DNA of 64,000 nucleotides, from contig CBDFMQ010000002.1 of assembly GCA_965249725.1 (NCBI GenBank), forward strand, positions 1,376,001-1,440,000. The letters run 5' to 3'. Position numbers and translations under genes: made by a program. The DNA is from Longimicrobiales bacterium (GTDB lineage: Bacteria > Gemmatimonadota > Gemmatimonadetes > Longimicrobiales > Gaopeijiaceae). This document shows positions 1 through 9,411 of this stretch, piece by piece. The notes below the pieces were generated by a model, which was not told the origin of the DNA, ran no database searches, and was given only the letters and a program-made list of their open reading frames with translations. Numbering within the stretch: position 1 is the stretch's first letter; each line of letters begins with the position of its first letter.

Positions 1-1645
1 GCTGTCGCTGGTGGAAGAGGCGGTGGACCTCATCTCGGAGCGTCACGGCCAGGCGCCCGACCTCTCCCGCATCGACTTCGCCGATCAGGAGGTCTACGAG
101 CGTATCTGCACGGGCGACACCATCGGCATGTTCCAGGTGGAAAGTAGGGCCCAGATACAGATGCTTCGGCGCGTTCAGCCCCGGAATCTGGAGGATCTGG
201 CCGTCCAGGTGGCCATCGTCCGACCGGGACCCATCGTCGGAGGTGCGGTCAACCCTTACGTGCGCCGTAGGGAGTTGCTGCGCGAGAATCCAGACTTCCG
301 CGTCCCATACGATCATCCTCTCCTGGAAGAAGCTCTGGGAGAGACGTTGGGGGTCATCATCTTCCAAGATCAGGTCCTTCAGGTCTGTCAGGCCTTGGCG
401 GGGTTTTCGGACGGCCAGGCAGAGAGCCTCCGACGCTCCATGAGCCGAAAGCGTTCGAAGGAGGCCATGGACTCGCATTGGGACGACTTTCGGAAGGGAG
501 CGCGGGAACGAGGGGTCGACGAAATCACGGCCCAGAAGGTCTTCCAGCAGGTGACCGCGTTCAGCGAATTCGGCTTTCCCAAGTCCCACGCCGCGGCGTT
601 CGGCCTCTTGGCCTACCAATCGGCATGGCTCCGCTACTACTACGGTACCGAGTTCTACGTGGGCCTCTTCAACAACCAGCCCATGGGTTTCTACTCCCTG
701 GACGCTCTGGGCCGCGACGCCCGGCGTCACGGAATCGGGATTCGCCTTCCGGATGTGAATCACAGCCTGGTGAAGTGCTCGGCCGAAGAAACCGATCTGA
801 GGGTCGGGCTCGGTTTCGTGAGAGGTTGGGGCACCGACATTGCCGAGAAGGTCGTGGCGGAGCGAGAGCGGAACGGGCCGTTCGCTTCCCTAGCGGACTT
901 CCTCAGACGGACGCCCGCGACTCTGAAGAGGCCCGCGGTCGAAAACCTCATCTGGGTGGGTGGCTTCGAGAGTTTTGGCCTCACACGGCGGCAACTTCTG
1001 TGGCAGGCAGGCCTCTGGTTGGGTCCCGAGGACGATGCGGAGCGAAGCGGTGGTCGGGACGACCATGCTCAGGCCGAGTTGAATCTCGACGATCCGTACG
1101 CATCAATCGCATTTCCGGGCCTCGAGGATACCGAACGGATGGTGGCGGAGTACCGCATGCTCCGCTTTTCCACGAACCTCCACCCCCTAGCCCTACTTCG
1201 GGACGAGCTTCCGCCTGAAACCGTCACCGGCGATCGATTCCCGGACCTTCCAAATCACTCCACCGTCACGGTGGCCGGCATTGTAGTGGCCCGGCAAAGG
1301 CCCTCTACTGCAAACGGCTATGTCTTTGTCCTTATGGAAGATGAGTGCGGTCCTGTAAACGTGATTGTGAAGCCCAAAATCTACGAGACATGCCGGACCA
1401 CGATGCGGATGGAGCCGTTTCTGGTAGTGCGGGGACGCCTACAGAAAGACGGGCTGACCACGAACGTGATCGCCTTCGAGGTGAAGGCCGTGCGGACACG
1501 TGAAACCACCCAGCCCGAGGATCTCCACCCAACCCTACCGGGTGTACTGGAGTGGTGGGCCGAACCGGAGCGTGGTGTCCGGACTCCGTTCCGGTATCTG
1601 ACGGCGCTTCGCCAATCTCCACCGGGGGTGAAGAACTTCGGCTGA
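1..1645 (+). CDS. dnaE2: Error-prone DNA polymerase III alpha subunit DnaE2 (5'-truncated by window edge)
   Basis: Motifs DTIGMFQVESRAQ, VAIVRPGPIVGG, FGFPKSHAAAF, NNQPMGFY, and OB-fold RQRPSTANG are typical of DnaE2; frame open from the window start. Confidence 0.92.
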   Translation, partial: LSLVEEAVDLISERHGQAPDLSRIDFADQEVYERICTGDTIGMFQVESRAQIQMLRRVQPRNLEDLAVQVAIVRPGPIVGGAVNPYVRRRELLRENPDFRVPYDHPLLEEALGETLGVIIFQDQVLQVCQALAGFSDGQAESLRRSMSRKRSKEAMDSHWDDFRKGARERGVDEITAQKVFQQVTAFSEFGFPKSHAAAFGLLAYQSAWLRYYYGTEFYVGLFNNQPMGFYSLDALGRDARRHGIGIRLPDVNHSLVKCSAEETDLRVGLGFVRGWGTDIAEKVVAERERNGPFASLADFLRRTPATLKRPAVENLIWVGGFESFGLTRRQLLWQAGLWLGPEDDAERSGGRDDHAQAELNLDDPYASIAFPGLEDTERMVAEYRMLRFSTNLHPLALLRDELPPETVTGDRFPDLPNHSTVTVAGIVVARQRPSTANGYVFVLMEDECGPVNVIVKPKIYETCRTTMRMEPFLVVRGRLQKDGLTTNVIAFEVKAVRTRETTQPEDLHPTLPGVLEWWAEPERGVRTPFRYLTALRQSPPGVKNFG

Positions 1646-2530
1646 CTACCGGTCCACCCTCTCCAGGTAGTGCCTCATGCCGTCCCAGTCCATCGTCGCG
1701 TTGAAAGCGTCGAAGTAGTCGTCGATTTCTTCTCTCGGACGAAATTGCGCCACTTCGTCACGCACCTCCAACTGGAAGACCTCACGATCTCCGTCGTCCC
1801 CCGCCTCCATCGCCGCCTTCACCCGATCCCTCAGCGCGAGGAGACGCTCTCGCAACTGCCTTACACGTCCCTGGACGTCGCCGTGCAGCCCGAAGTGGGT
1901 AGGACCGAACAGGTCGGGACCGATGGACTCAATCGTGTCGAGTGTCTCGAGCCAATCCGGCACATCAATACTAGGCGGTGGGCCCGACGGATGGGTCGGG
2001 GCCTCGGGAGCCAGAATCACCCCCATCGCGTCCCCCGTCAGCAGCGTCCCGTCGTTCTCGGCCAAGTACGCGACGTGATGCCCGATATGGCCGGGCGTCG
2101 GAAAGACACGCACACCCGGCACGGGAAGGGCCGAACCCGGCTCCCACGCTCGGATGCTGTCCTTCGGAACGGGCAGCACTTCACCCCAGAGCCGATCGTG
2201 GCGGTCCGTGAACGTGCGCCTCGTGCTCGAGACCAGCCCTTCCGGCTCCGCCATGTGGGGCGCGCCCTCGACGTGTACGTGTACCTGTAGGTGGGGAAAG
2301 CGCTGGACCAGGTGCCCGGTGCCGCCGGCGTGATCCAGGTGCACGTGGGTGAGAAGTACGTGGCGGAGATCGGCCAGGCTGAGACCCTGGGCCACGAGCC
2401 CCGCTTCGAGCCCCTCCAGAGACGTGCCCGGACCCGGATCCACCAGGGCCGGCTCGGCCCCGCCGATCCAATACGATGCGATCGTTCCCGATCGACCGAG
2501 GTGCACTACGTCAATCGGGACGATCGACAT
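1646..2530 (-). CDS. MBL-fold metallo-hydrolase
   Basis: THVHLDHAGG (HxHxDH), TPGH and TGDA motifs; start moved to ATG 2530, preceded by an AGGAGG RBS. Confidence 0.88.
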   Translation of the reverse strand: MSIVPIDVVHLGRSGTIASYWIGGAEPALVDPGPGTSLEGLEAGLVAQGLSLADLRHVLLTHVHLDHAGGTGHLVQRFPHLQVHVHVEGAPHMAEPEGLVSSTRRTFTDRHDRLWGEVLPVPKDSIRAWEPGSALPVPGVRVFPTPGHIGHHVAYLAENDGTLLTGDAMGVILAPEAPTHPSGPPPSIDVPDWLETLDTIESIGPDLFGPTHFGLHGDVQGRVRQLRERLLALRDRVKAAMEAGDDGDREVFQLEVRDEVAQFRPREEIDDYFDAFNATMDWDGMRHYLERVDR

Positions 2531-2568
2531 GTTTCCTCCTGTGGCGGGCCTCTGAAGAGGATCTGCGG

Positions 2569-3876
2569 TTAACGATCTTCGATCGGGACGAAGTCTCTCC
2601 TGGCACCGCCCGTGAAGATCTGCCTGGGCCGAGCGATGCGCTGCTCCTTGTCCTCGAGCATCTCTTCCCACTGAGCGAGCCATCCCGCGGTACGCGGTAT
2701 TGCGAACAACACAGGGAACATCTCGACCGGGAAGCCCAGGGCCTGGTAGATGAGCCCCGAGTAAAAGTCGACGTTCGGATACAGGTTGCGCGAGACGAAG
2801 AAGTCGTCCTCCAGCGCGATCTTCTCGAGCTCGAGGGCGATGTCCAGCAGCGGATTCCGCCCCGTAACCTCAAATACCTCGTCCGCGGTTTTCTTGATGA
2901 TGCTGGCCCGGGGGTCATAGGCCTTGTACACCCGGTGTCCAAAGCCCATGAGGCGCTCTTTCCGGTTCTTCACGCCCTCCATGAACGCGGGAATGTTGTC
3001 CATGGAGCCGATCCGGTTGAGCATCCGTAGCACCGCCTCGTTCGCCCCGCCGTGAAGCGGCCCGAACAGCGCACCCATGGCACCGGCCAGGGAGGAATAG
3101 GGATCGGCCTCAGCACTGCCGATGACGCGCATGGTAGTGGCCGAGCAGTTTTGCTCGTGATCGGCGTGCAGAATGAAGAGCACGTCGAGGGCCCGTTCCA
3201 GAACCGGGTTGGGCTTGTACTCCCGTCCGCCGATGCGGAACAGCATGTTCAGGAAGTTCGCCGTGTAGGACAGCTCGTTTTCCGGATAGACGGCCGGCAA
3301 CCCTCGGTGGTGCCGGTAAGCGTAGGCCGCCAGGGTCGGCATCTTGGCCACCAAGCGCTGCACCTGAAGCCACCGGTTGTCGGCGTCTCGGACGTCGTTG
3401 CCGTCCGGATAGAACGTGTTGAGCGCCGCGACGCCGCTGATGACCATGCTCATGGCATGAGCGTCATATCGGAACCCGTGCATGAGCCGACGGAAGTTCT
3501 CATGCACGTAAGTGTGCTCAGTGATGTTCTGCGTGAACTCGCCCAACTCGGGCGCGGTCGGGAGTTCACCCTTCAAGATCAGGTAGGCAACCTCGAGGAA
3601 GTTGCTGCTTTCAGCGAGCTGCTCAATGGGGTATCCCCGGTATTCGAGGATGCCTTTGCCACCGTCGATGAAGGTGATGGCACTGCGCGTCGAGGCCGTA
3701 TTCGAGAAGGCCGGATCGTAGGACATCATGCCAAAGTCGTCGTCGTTGACTTTGATCTGGCGCAGATCCATCGCGCTGATGACGTCACCGTCCTGAATAT
3801 CGATCTCGTACTCGCGACCCGTACGGTTATCCCGAACCGTCAGTGAGTCGTTTCCGTTACTCCCGTTGTCACCCAT
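2569..3876 (-). CDS. gltA: Citrate synthase
   Basis: LHADHEQN, GPLHGGANE, GFGHRVYK and YPNVDFYSG motifs; ATG 3876 with a GGAG RBS. Confidence 0.96.
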   Translation of the reverse strand: MGDNGSNGNDSLTVRDNRTGREYEIDIQDGDVISAMDLRQIKVNDDDFGMMSYDPAFSNTASTRSAITFIDGGKGILEYRGYPIEQLAESSNFLEVAYLILKGELPTAPELGEFTQNITEHTYVHENFRRLMHGFRYDAHAMSMVISGVAALNTFYPDGNDVRDADNRWLQVQRLVAKMPTLAAYAYRHHRGLPAVYPENELSYTANFLNMLFRIGGREYKPNPVLERALDVLFILHADHEQNCSATTMRVIGSAEADPYSSLAGAMGALFGPLHGGANEAVLRMLNRIGSMDNIPAFMEGVKNRKERLMGFGHRVYKAYDPRASIIKKTADEVFEVTGRNPLLDIALELEKIALEDDFFVSRNLYPNVDFYSGLIYQALGFPVEMFPVLFAIPRTAGWLAQWEEMLEDKEQRIARPRQIFTGGARRDFVPIEDR

Positions 3877-4076
3877 TTCGTCTCCGATGCCGGCATATTT
3901 GCCAATCAAGGCCAGGAATCCCGCTATTTCACTGGATTCTCCGACGTTGCTTAATGCGAAGGACAGCGCCTAAAAGTAAGGAAATATGCACTTCCGATGA
4001 AGTGCCGTTCGCCCGGTAGAGGTGCCGGCGATGCGTGGGAAGAGACTCGGGAGCCAGAGGTGGCGTCGGTTGGCGC

Positions 4077-6284
4077 TCAGACGCGCCGTACAACCAGAGC
4101 ATCCACCGGTACGGCACGGTCCTCGTATGCAAACGTGGGGTTCAGCTCCACCTCAACGATGGAAGGGTCTTGAAGCGCGTAGCGGGCCACTGCCAGCGCC
4201 AACTCGGTCACCGCCTGCAGGTTCACTCGGGGTTGCCCGCTCGCACCCGCGAGCACCCGCCCGATACGCAGCGTCGACAGCATCTCTTCGACCTCCTCGG
4301 CCCGGATCGGCAGGACCCGGTGGACCGCGTCGTCGAGCGCCTCCGTGCGGGTGCCCCCTGCCCCGACGGTGAGCACACAGCCGAGTCGGGGGATGCGCCG
4401 TACACCGATGAGTAGCTCCGCCACCGGGGCCGGTAGCATCTCCGTGACCAGGACTCCCTCGACGAGCGCGGCGGAGCCCGTGCCCTCGAGGTACGTGTGG
4501 GCCGAATCAAGGAGCCGCGCGAGTCCCGCCTCCGCTTCGGCCAGGTTCGTCACCTGTAGAAGCACACCATCGGCTTCGGTCTTATGGGGAATGCCCGGCG
4601 AGATGATCTTCATGGCGCACGGCGACTCCCACGACAGGCGGGGCAGGTCGTGCGCCGTGCGCACGAGCCTTCCCGGTGTGAATTGCACTCCGTTTGCGGA
4701 CAGTTCCTGGCGCGCCTGCCACTCCGTCAGGGTCACGAGACGCGTCGGCAGATCATCCGTACCTCCGGAGTCGTTCGGATCCGCCTCGCCCCAAACCGGC
4801 GGGCGAGACAGCAGGTCCCGCCTACGCACCGTCACTTCCGCGCACCGACAAGCGAGTTCCAGCGAGGAGGGTACCGGGACCCCTCCCTCTCGGAGGAGTG
4901 TCAGGGGACCGCTGTCCACGTTCCCGTAAATGGAGTGGACGACGAGGGGCTTGCCGGCCGTAGCCGAGCCGTCGATCAGGCGACGGGCGGTCTCCATCTC
5001 GACCTCTTCGAAGGTCTTCGAGTACCGCAGGTGATATCCTCCGAACAACCCGACGAGCAATACGCCGGACACACCCGGATCGGCGACGAGAGCATCGAAC
5101 GCATCGGCGAACACACCAGGGTCGGAATCGGCCGCCCCGGCCACGTCCACGGGATTCCGCACGGCGGCCGCGGGACCGAGGATGGCCCGGAGCCTCTCTT
5201 CGGTCTCCGGCAAGAGAACGGCGAGCGGGCCTCCTGTTTCGTGGAGGACATCAGACGCGAGGGCGTTCTGCCCTCCCCCGTCCGAGAGTATGGCGATGCC
5301 ACCCGCGGCCGCCGGAGGCTGGTTGGCGAGCGTCAACGCCACGGGGAGCAGCTCATCCTCCCGCGTCACCTCCACGACACCCGCCTGCCTCAAGCCGGCG
5401 CTCAACACGTCATAGTCTCCCGCCAGAGCTCCCGTGTGCGAGAGCACCGACGTCGAGCCCTGGGTCGTCCTACCTCCCTTGAGCAGCACGATGGGTTTCT
5501 GTCGGGTGACTCGCGCCGCCGACCTAAGAAACGCCCCCGTGGAACGAATGCCGTCGGCATACATCACGATCACCTCGGTGCCCACATCCTGCGCCAGGAC
5601 CTCCAGGTATTCGTGGAATCCGATGTCCGCCTCGTTGCCCACTCCCACATAGACCGCTACTCCGGCCCGGGGAGTCCGCGCCCCCTCGTTCATCAGGGCC
5701 AAAGCGATATTGCCCGACTGGCTCAGGATGCCGACGGGTCCCGGACTGAGGCCCGGAGTGCCAACCAGATTGAGTCCAAGTCGGAGGTTGAGAAGTCCGG
5801 ACGTGTTCGGCCCCACGATCCGCACCCCCGCATCACGCGCTGCACCCAGCAAGGTCGCTTGTAACCCTGCGCCCTCCTCGCCCGACTCCGCGAAGCCGGC
5901 CGCCAAGACGATCGCCGCACGCACGCCCCTCCGGCCGCACGCCTCGATGGCCTGGGGAGTCATTGCCCCCGGGAGGGCGATCAGCGCCAGATCGGGCGCT
6001 TCGGGAAGTGCCTCCACGCTCGGGTAACACGTCCGGCCGTCGATCTCGGCGGCGCTGGGATTGACCGGATAGACGGGTCCCTCGAAGCCCATCTCGGCAA
6101 GAGCACGGAGCACGCGGTTCCCCCGTTTCTCGGGACTCCTAGACGCTCCCAACACCGCGATCGAGCGAGGGTAGAGTGCCGCGCGCACGCCACTGACATC
6201 CCCCGTGCCCTCGGGCGACACCTCTCCGTGGCCGCCCGGATTCGTCACCCGCCGGCCTCGGCTTTCAGCCTCGTCACCGGTCAC
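4077..6284 (-). CDS. Acetate-CoA ligase family (NDP-forming acyl-CoA synthetase, fused alpha/beta)
   Basis: CoA-binding PRSIAVLGAS, GPNTSG, SQSG, phospho-His SHTGALAG, ATP-grasp HKTE and ELNP; exact start uncertain. Confidence 0.88.
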   Translation of the reverse strand: MTGDEAESRGRRVTNPGGHGEVSPEGTGDVSGVRAALYPRSIAVLGASRSPEKRGNRVLRALAEMGFEGPVYPVNPSAAEIDGRTCYPSVEALPEAPDLALIALPGAMTPQAIEACGRRGVRAAIVLAAGFAESGEEGAGLQATLLGAARDAGVRIVGPNTSGLLNLRLGLNLVGTPGLSPGPVGILSQSGNIALALMNEGARTPRAGVAVYVGVGNEADIGFHEYLEVLAQDVGTEVIVMYADGIRSTGAFLRSAARVTRQKPIVLLKGGRTTQGSTSVLSHTGALAGDYDVLSAGLRQAGVVEVTREDELLPVALTLANQPPAAAGGIAILSDGGGQNALASDVLHETGGPLAVLLPETEERLRAILGPAAAVRNPVDVAGAADSDPGVFADAFDALVADPGVSGVLLVGLFGGYHLRYSKTFEEVEMETARRLIDGSATAGKPLVVHSIYGNVDSGPLTLLREGGVPVPSSLELACRCAEVTVRRRDLLSRPPVWGEADPNDSGGTDDLPTRLVTLTEWQARQELSANGVQFTPGRLVRTAHDLPRLSWESPCAMKIISPGIPHKTEADGVLLQVTNLAEAEAGLARLLDSAHTYLEGTGSAALVEGVLVTEMLPAPVAELLIGVRRIPRLGCVLTVGAGGTRTEALDDAVHRVLPIRAEEVEEMLSTLRIGRVLAGASGQPRVNLQAVTELALAVARYALQDPSIVEVELNPTFAYEDRAVPVDALVVRRV

Positions 6285-7076
6285 TCAATTCCCGGAGAAG
6301 CGCGGCGGTCTCTTCTCCGCGAACGCGCGGACGCCCTCGGCCCAGTCCTCGGTCTCCATGATGGCGTCTAATGCGTCCGCTTCCTCCGCCAACGCGTCCT
6401 CTCCGGTCATGTCAGCCGAACGATTGAGAAGGCGTTTCGCGTGCGCCATCGAGAGGGGGGCACTCGCGGCGAGTTTCGTGGCAAGTGCGAGAGCCACCTC
6501 GAGCACCTCGTCAGCCGGCAACGCGCGGTTGGCCAACCCCATCGGCACCGCCTCTGCTCCGCTGAAGAAGTCGCCTGCGAGGATGAGCTCCCTGGCCCTG
6601 AGGTCGCCGACTCGTTGAGGCAAACGGTACGTCACGCCTCCACCCACGAAAGTGCCCAGAGAGACCTCGGGAAGTCGGAGCTTCGCGTCCTCGGCCACCA
6701 CCACGAAGTCGGCGGACAGCGCAAGCTCCAGCCCGGCCCCGATCGCGTGACCATTCACCGCGGCCACCACCGGCACGCGGCTGTACTGAAGGCCCGCGTT
6801 GACGGTCTGAGCGAGGCCGATGTACTCATGCCTCTCTTCAGCCGACATGGGGCCCTCGGAGTGGGATTTGAGGTCGGCCCCTACGCAGAACCCTCGACCG
6901 GCCCCCGTGAGCACAATGGCTCGAACCTCGTTGTCGGACTCGATGTCTTCGAGGGCCGCCCTCAGTTCCCGGTAGAGATCGGGGCTGACGGCATTCAGGC
7001 GGTCGGGTCGGTTGAGTGTGAGGACGGCCACGGCATCGTCTCGATTGACGAGTACCGGCGTCTGGGTGGCAGGCAA
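6285..7076 (-). CDS. Enoyl-CoA hydratase/isomerase
   Basis: LNRPDRLNA, FCVGADL, GHAIGAGLELAL, LPEVSLG, and C-terminal AFAEKRPPRF. Confidence 0.92.
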   Translation of the reverse strand: MPATQTPVLVNRDDAVAVLTLNRPDRLNAVSPDLYRELRAALEDIESDNEVRAIVLTGAGRGFCVGADLKSHSEGPMSAEERHEYIGLAQTVNAGLQYSRVPVVAAVNGHAIGAGLELALSADFVVVAEDAKLRLPEVSLGTFVGGGVTYRLPQRVGDLRARELILAGDFFSGAEAVPMGLANRALPADEVLEVALALATKLAASAPLSMAHAKRLLNRSADMTGEDALAEEADALDAIMETEDWAEGVRAFAEKRPPRFSGN

Positions 7077-7330
7077 TGCGGTCTCCGGGGTCCTTCGGGA
7101 GGGGGGGCCTCGTGGGTCATTCTAAGGGTCCCAGAGCAATGAAAACAGGTCGGCCGGAGCCGGGCCAGACACCGAGTCTGCACCCCCGTGACGAACGCTC
7201 GAGTCTGCGCCGGAAGCTCCCTGGTGCGGTGCTCTGCCGCTTAGTAGTTTTTCCGTCAGCTCCGAACCTGCCTGAGGCGGGAATTCCCGCCCGGTCGGTT
7301 CAAACGTCACCACCCAAGGAGAATTCGCGT

Positions 7331-8271
7331 ATGTCCAAACATCGCTTTTTCATTCCCGTCGCCGCCTTCGCGCTCGCGTTTTCGGCATGTACCGACGCGC
7401 CCATCGCGCCTGATACGGATATCGAGCCGCAGCTGGCGAAGGGCGGTGGCGGTGGCGGTGGTGACAATACGGGTGCCGAGCTCAGCAACTACATGGACGC
7501 CCTCAACGCCGGGCTCGCGGCGGACGGTGCCGACTACCGGGTGGCCATGGCAGAGTATGTGACGTCGGGCGACAGCGGTGAGATGGGCAATACGATCATC
7601 GCCAAGAACGTCGGCAACAAGCAGCTCGGATTCGACTTCGTGCCTGGGGATACGCGGCGTGCATGGAGTGGCCCGGGCGCCAATTCGATCACGTACGCGA
7701 TCGACACGACCGGGGACTCGGGGCCGCGGCGACCGATGCGGCCATCGTCCGCTCGATGGACACCTGGGATGCACTCACCTGCTCCAACCTGGGACTAGCC
7801 CAGAGCCCCGATTTCGGGATCGATATCGGCGTCGTGGCGTTCCTCAACAGCCTGGGTGGTAGCCCGTTCGTCTTCGCGGACGTACAGCACGCCGGCTGGC
7901 GGGACATCAACTTCGCTGGCGGCGTCCTGGGAGTGACGTTCACGTTCGGGTTCACGGATGTGAACGGCTTCACCGACATCGACAACAACGGCAAGCTTGA
8001 CGCCGCGTTCCGCGAGATCTACTACGATCCGAGCTTCTCGTGGGCGGACGACGGATCCAGCAACGTGGATGTCGAGAGCGTAGCGCTGCACGAGGCCGGC
8101 CACGGCCTGAGCCAAGGCCACTTCGGCAAGGTCTGGATCAAGAAAGACGGAAGCCTCAAGCGTTCGCCCACCGCGGTGATGAACGCGATCTATGCGGGTC
8201 CGCTCGCGGCCCTCCGAGGCACCGACAACGGCGGACACTGCAGCAACTGGGGGCAGTGGCCGAACAACTGA
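7331..8271 (+). pseudogene. Secreted matrixin/metzincin-like zinc metalloprotease lipoprotein, split by one frameshift near 7712-7715 (pseudogene or assembly error)
   Basis: ATG 7331 with an AAGGAG RBS and lipobox AFSAC; second frame carries HEAGHGLSQGH and a Met-turn (AVMN); one extra G in the GGGG run joins the frames. Confidence 0.7.
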
Positions 8272-8322
8272 CCAACGGTCGAGTGGCGAACAGTTGATCT
8301 GGTTTCGCTGCCGCGCAAAGCG

Positions 8323-8352
8323 AAGGCGGGCCCCTCCCGGGGCCCGCCTTTT
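8323..8352 (+). terminator. Intrinsic terminator
   Basis: AAGGCGGGCCCC-TCCC-GGGGCCCGCCTT followed by TT, between convergent genes. Confidence 0.8.
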
Positions 8353-8403
8353 CTCGTCGGAGCGCTCCATCGGTGAGAAGCGCCCTTGATCCCGCCGGTT
8401 ATC

Positions 8404-8985
8404 TCAGAACGGTAGCGCGAACCTCGCCGAAAAGCCCAACCCACCATCGAACGTCACCGCCGGTTGGAACGTCGGAATACGGAACGACTCGGGTGCCACG
8501 TCCTTCCACGTCGGGACCTCCATGAAGGACCCGATGACGCCCCCGAGAAGGAAACCTCCTGCAGCCGCGTAGAGCACGGTGCCACGACCGAAACACACCT
8601 CGGCACGCGTCGGGGAGCACTCCGACTCGGTGAACGGGAATATGATGAGACCGGCCGCGAGCGTTCCCAGGATCGCCATCCGCGTCCCCCGTGTCTCGAT
8701 GCGATGCACCTGGACCCGATCCACGAGGGCGGTACGGAACGAGATTCGATCGCGATCGATCCGGGTGGCCATGACGATGGAATCGCCGGGGTGGATCCGC
8801 ACGAGCCACCCCTCCACCATCTCGGGCTCTCCCGCGCCCAGGTGATGCTCAATCCGGATCCGCTCACCCTCGTCCGCACGCTCCTGCGCCCCAAGCTGAG
8901 CCCCAAGCCGAGCCCCCCACTGAGCCCCCAGCACATTGCCCCAGAGGCCTCCGACCAGCAGGACGGCCATCAGTGTGCGCTTCAT
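8404..8985 (-). CDS. Hypothetical exported/membrane protein with Gly-rich hydrophobic helices
   Basis: Signal-like MKRTLMAVLLVGGLWG, AGGAG RBS, two hydrophobic segments, C-terminal aromatic residue. Confidence 0.6.
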   Translation of the reverse strand: MKRTLMAVLLVGGLWGNVLGAQWGARLGAQLGAQERADEGERIRIEHHLGAGEPEMVEGWLVRIHPGDSIVMATRIDRDRISFRTALVDRVQVHRIETRGTRMAILGTLAAGLIIFPFTESECSPTRAEVCFGRGTVLYAAAGGFLLGGVIGSFMEVPTWKDVAPESFRIPTFQPAVTFDGGLGFSARFALPF

Positions 8986-9031
8986 GATCTCCTCGGGATC
9001 GGGTGGTCGACCCACAACACCCTCTGAGCAG

Positions 9032-9115
9032 TGCCGGGAGGGGGACTCGAACCCCCAAGGGCCGAAGCCCGCCGGATTTTGAGTCCGGTGCGTCTACCAA
9101 TTCCACCATCCCGGC
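9032..9115 (-). tRNA. tRNA-Leu(CAA)
   Basis: GCCGGGA acceptor stem, D-loop TGGTA, anticodon arm CCGGA-CTCAAAA-TCCGG, long variable arm, T-loop GGTTCGAGTCC; CCA not encoded. Confidence 0.97.
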
Positions 9116-9123
9116 CGGCCCTT

Positions 9124-9129
9124 ATTCTA
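9124..9129 (-). promoter_or_regulatory. Putative sigma70 -10 box of the tRNA gene
   Basis: TAGAAT on the minus strand, followed by a GC-rich stretch just before the tRNA 5' end. Confidence 0.5.
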
Positions 9130-9175
9130 CACGCGGGGGCTACGTCCCCCAAGGACCTTGTTCTAGTATTGGACA

Positions 9176-9336
9176 TCGGGCCAAGGAAACTCGGTTCCAG
9201 AGCGAACGGTGAAGAGTGATGATGATGATGTGGGGAACGGCTAGGGCCCTGGTGGATGTTGTGTGGCTGACGCGATCAGGCTCGTGGTCGTTTAAGGCTC
9301 GGCAGGGATTCGCCCCCCTGCCGAGTCCTTTTTTTT
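9176..9336 (+). ncRNA. Candidate small RNA or structured leader
   Basis: TAGTAT -10-like box at 9164-9169; GAAA-capped hairpin 9178-9197; long G-U-rich stem 9236-9292; ends at a strong terminator. Confidence 0.35.
9296..9336 (+). terminator. Intrinsic terminator with no annotated upstream gene on its strand
   Basis: GGCTCGGCAGGG / CCCTGCCGAGTC stem followed by T8. Confidence 0.8.
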
Positions 9337-9411
9337 GCACCCCCACGGGGCATCGGGTAGTCTCCGTCAACCAGCCATGACCTGCTTTCGACGCTCCTGC
9401 CTCCGACACCC

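Noticed and set aside
6282..6287. TGA readthrough or selenocysteine fusing the hydratase to the in-frame CoA ligase (same arrangement at 37486-37494)
   Set aside because: Both hydratases end at their normal C-terminus, and no SECIS-like element or catalytic Cys position is implied.
7076..9115. Genomic island integrated at the tRNA-Leu 3' end
   Set aside because: No integrase, no duplicated tRNA 3' end noticed, and no clear composition shift.
9216..9380. Leader peptide starting MMMMWG
   Set aside because: It runs through the terminator, has no convincing RBS, and has no amino-acid logic for the downstream sugar genes. Kept only as part of the RNA candidate.
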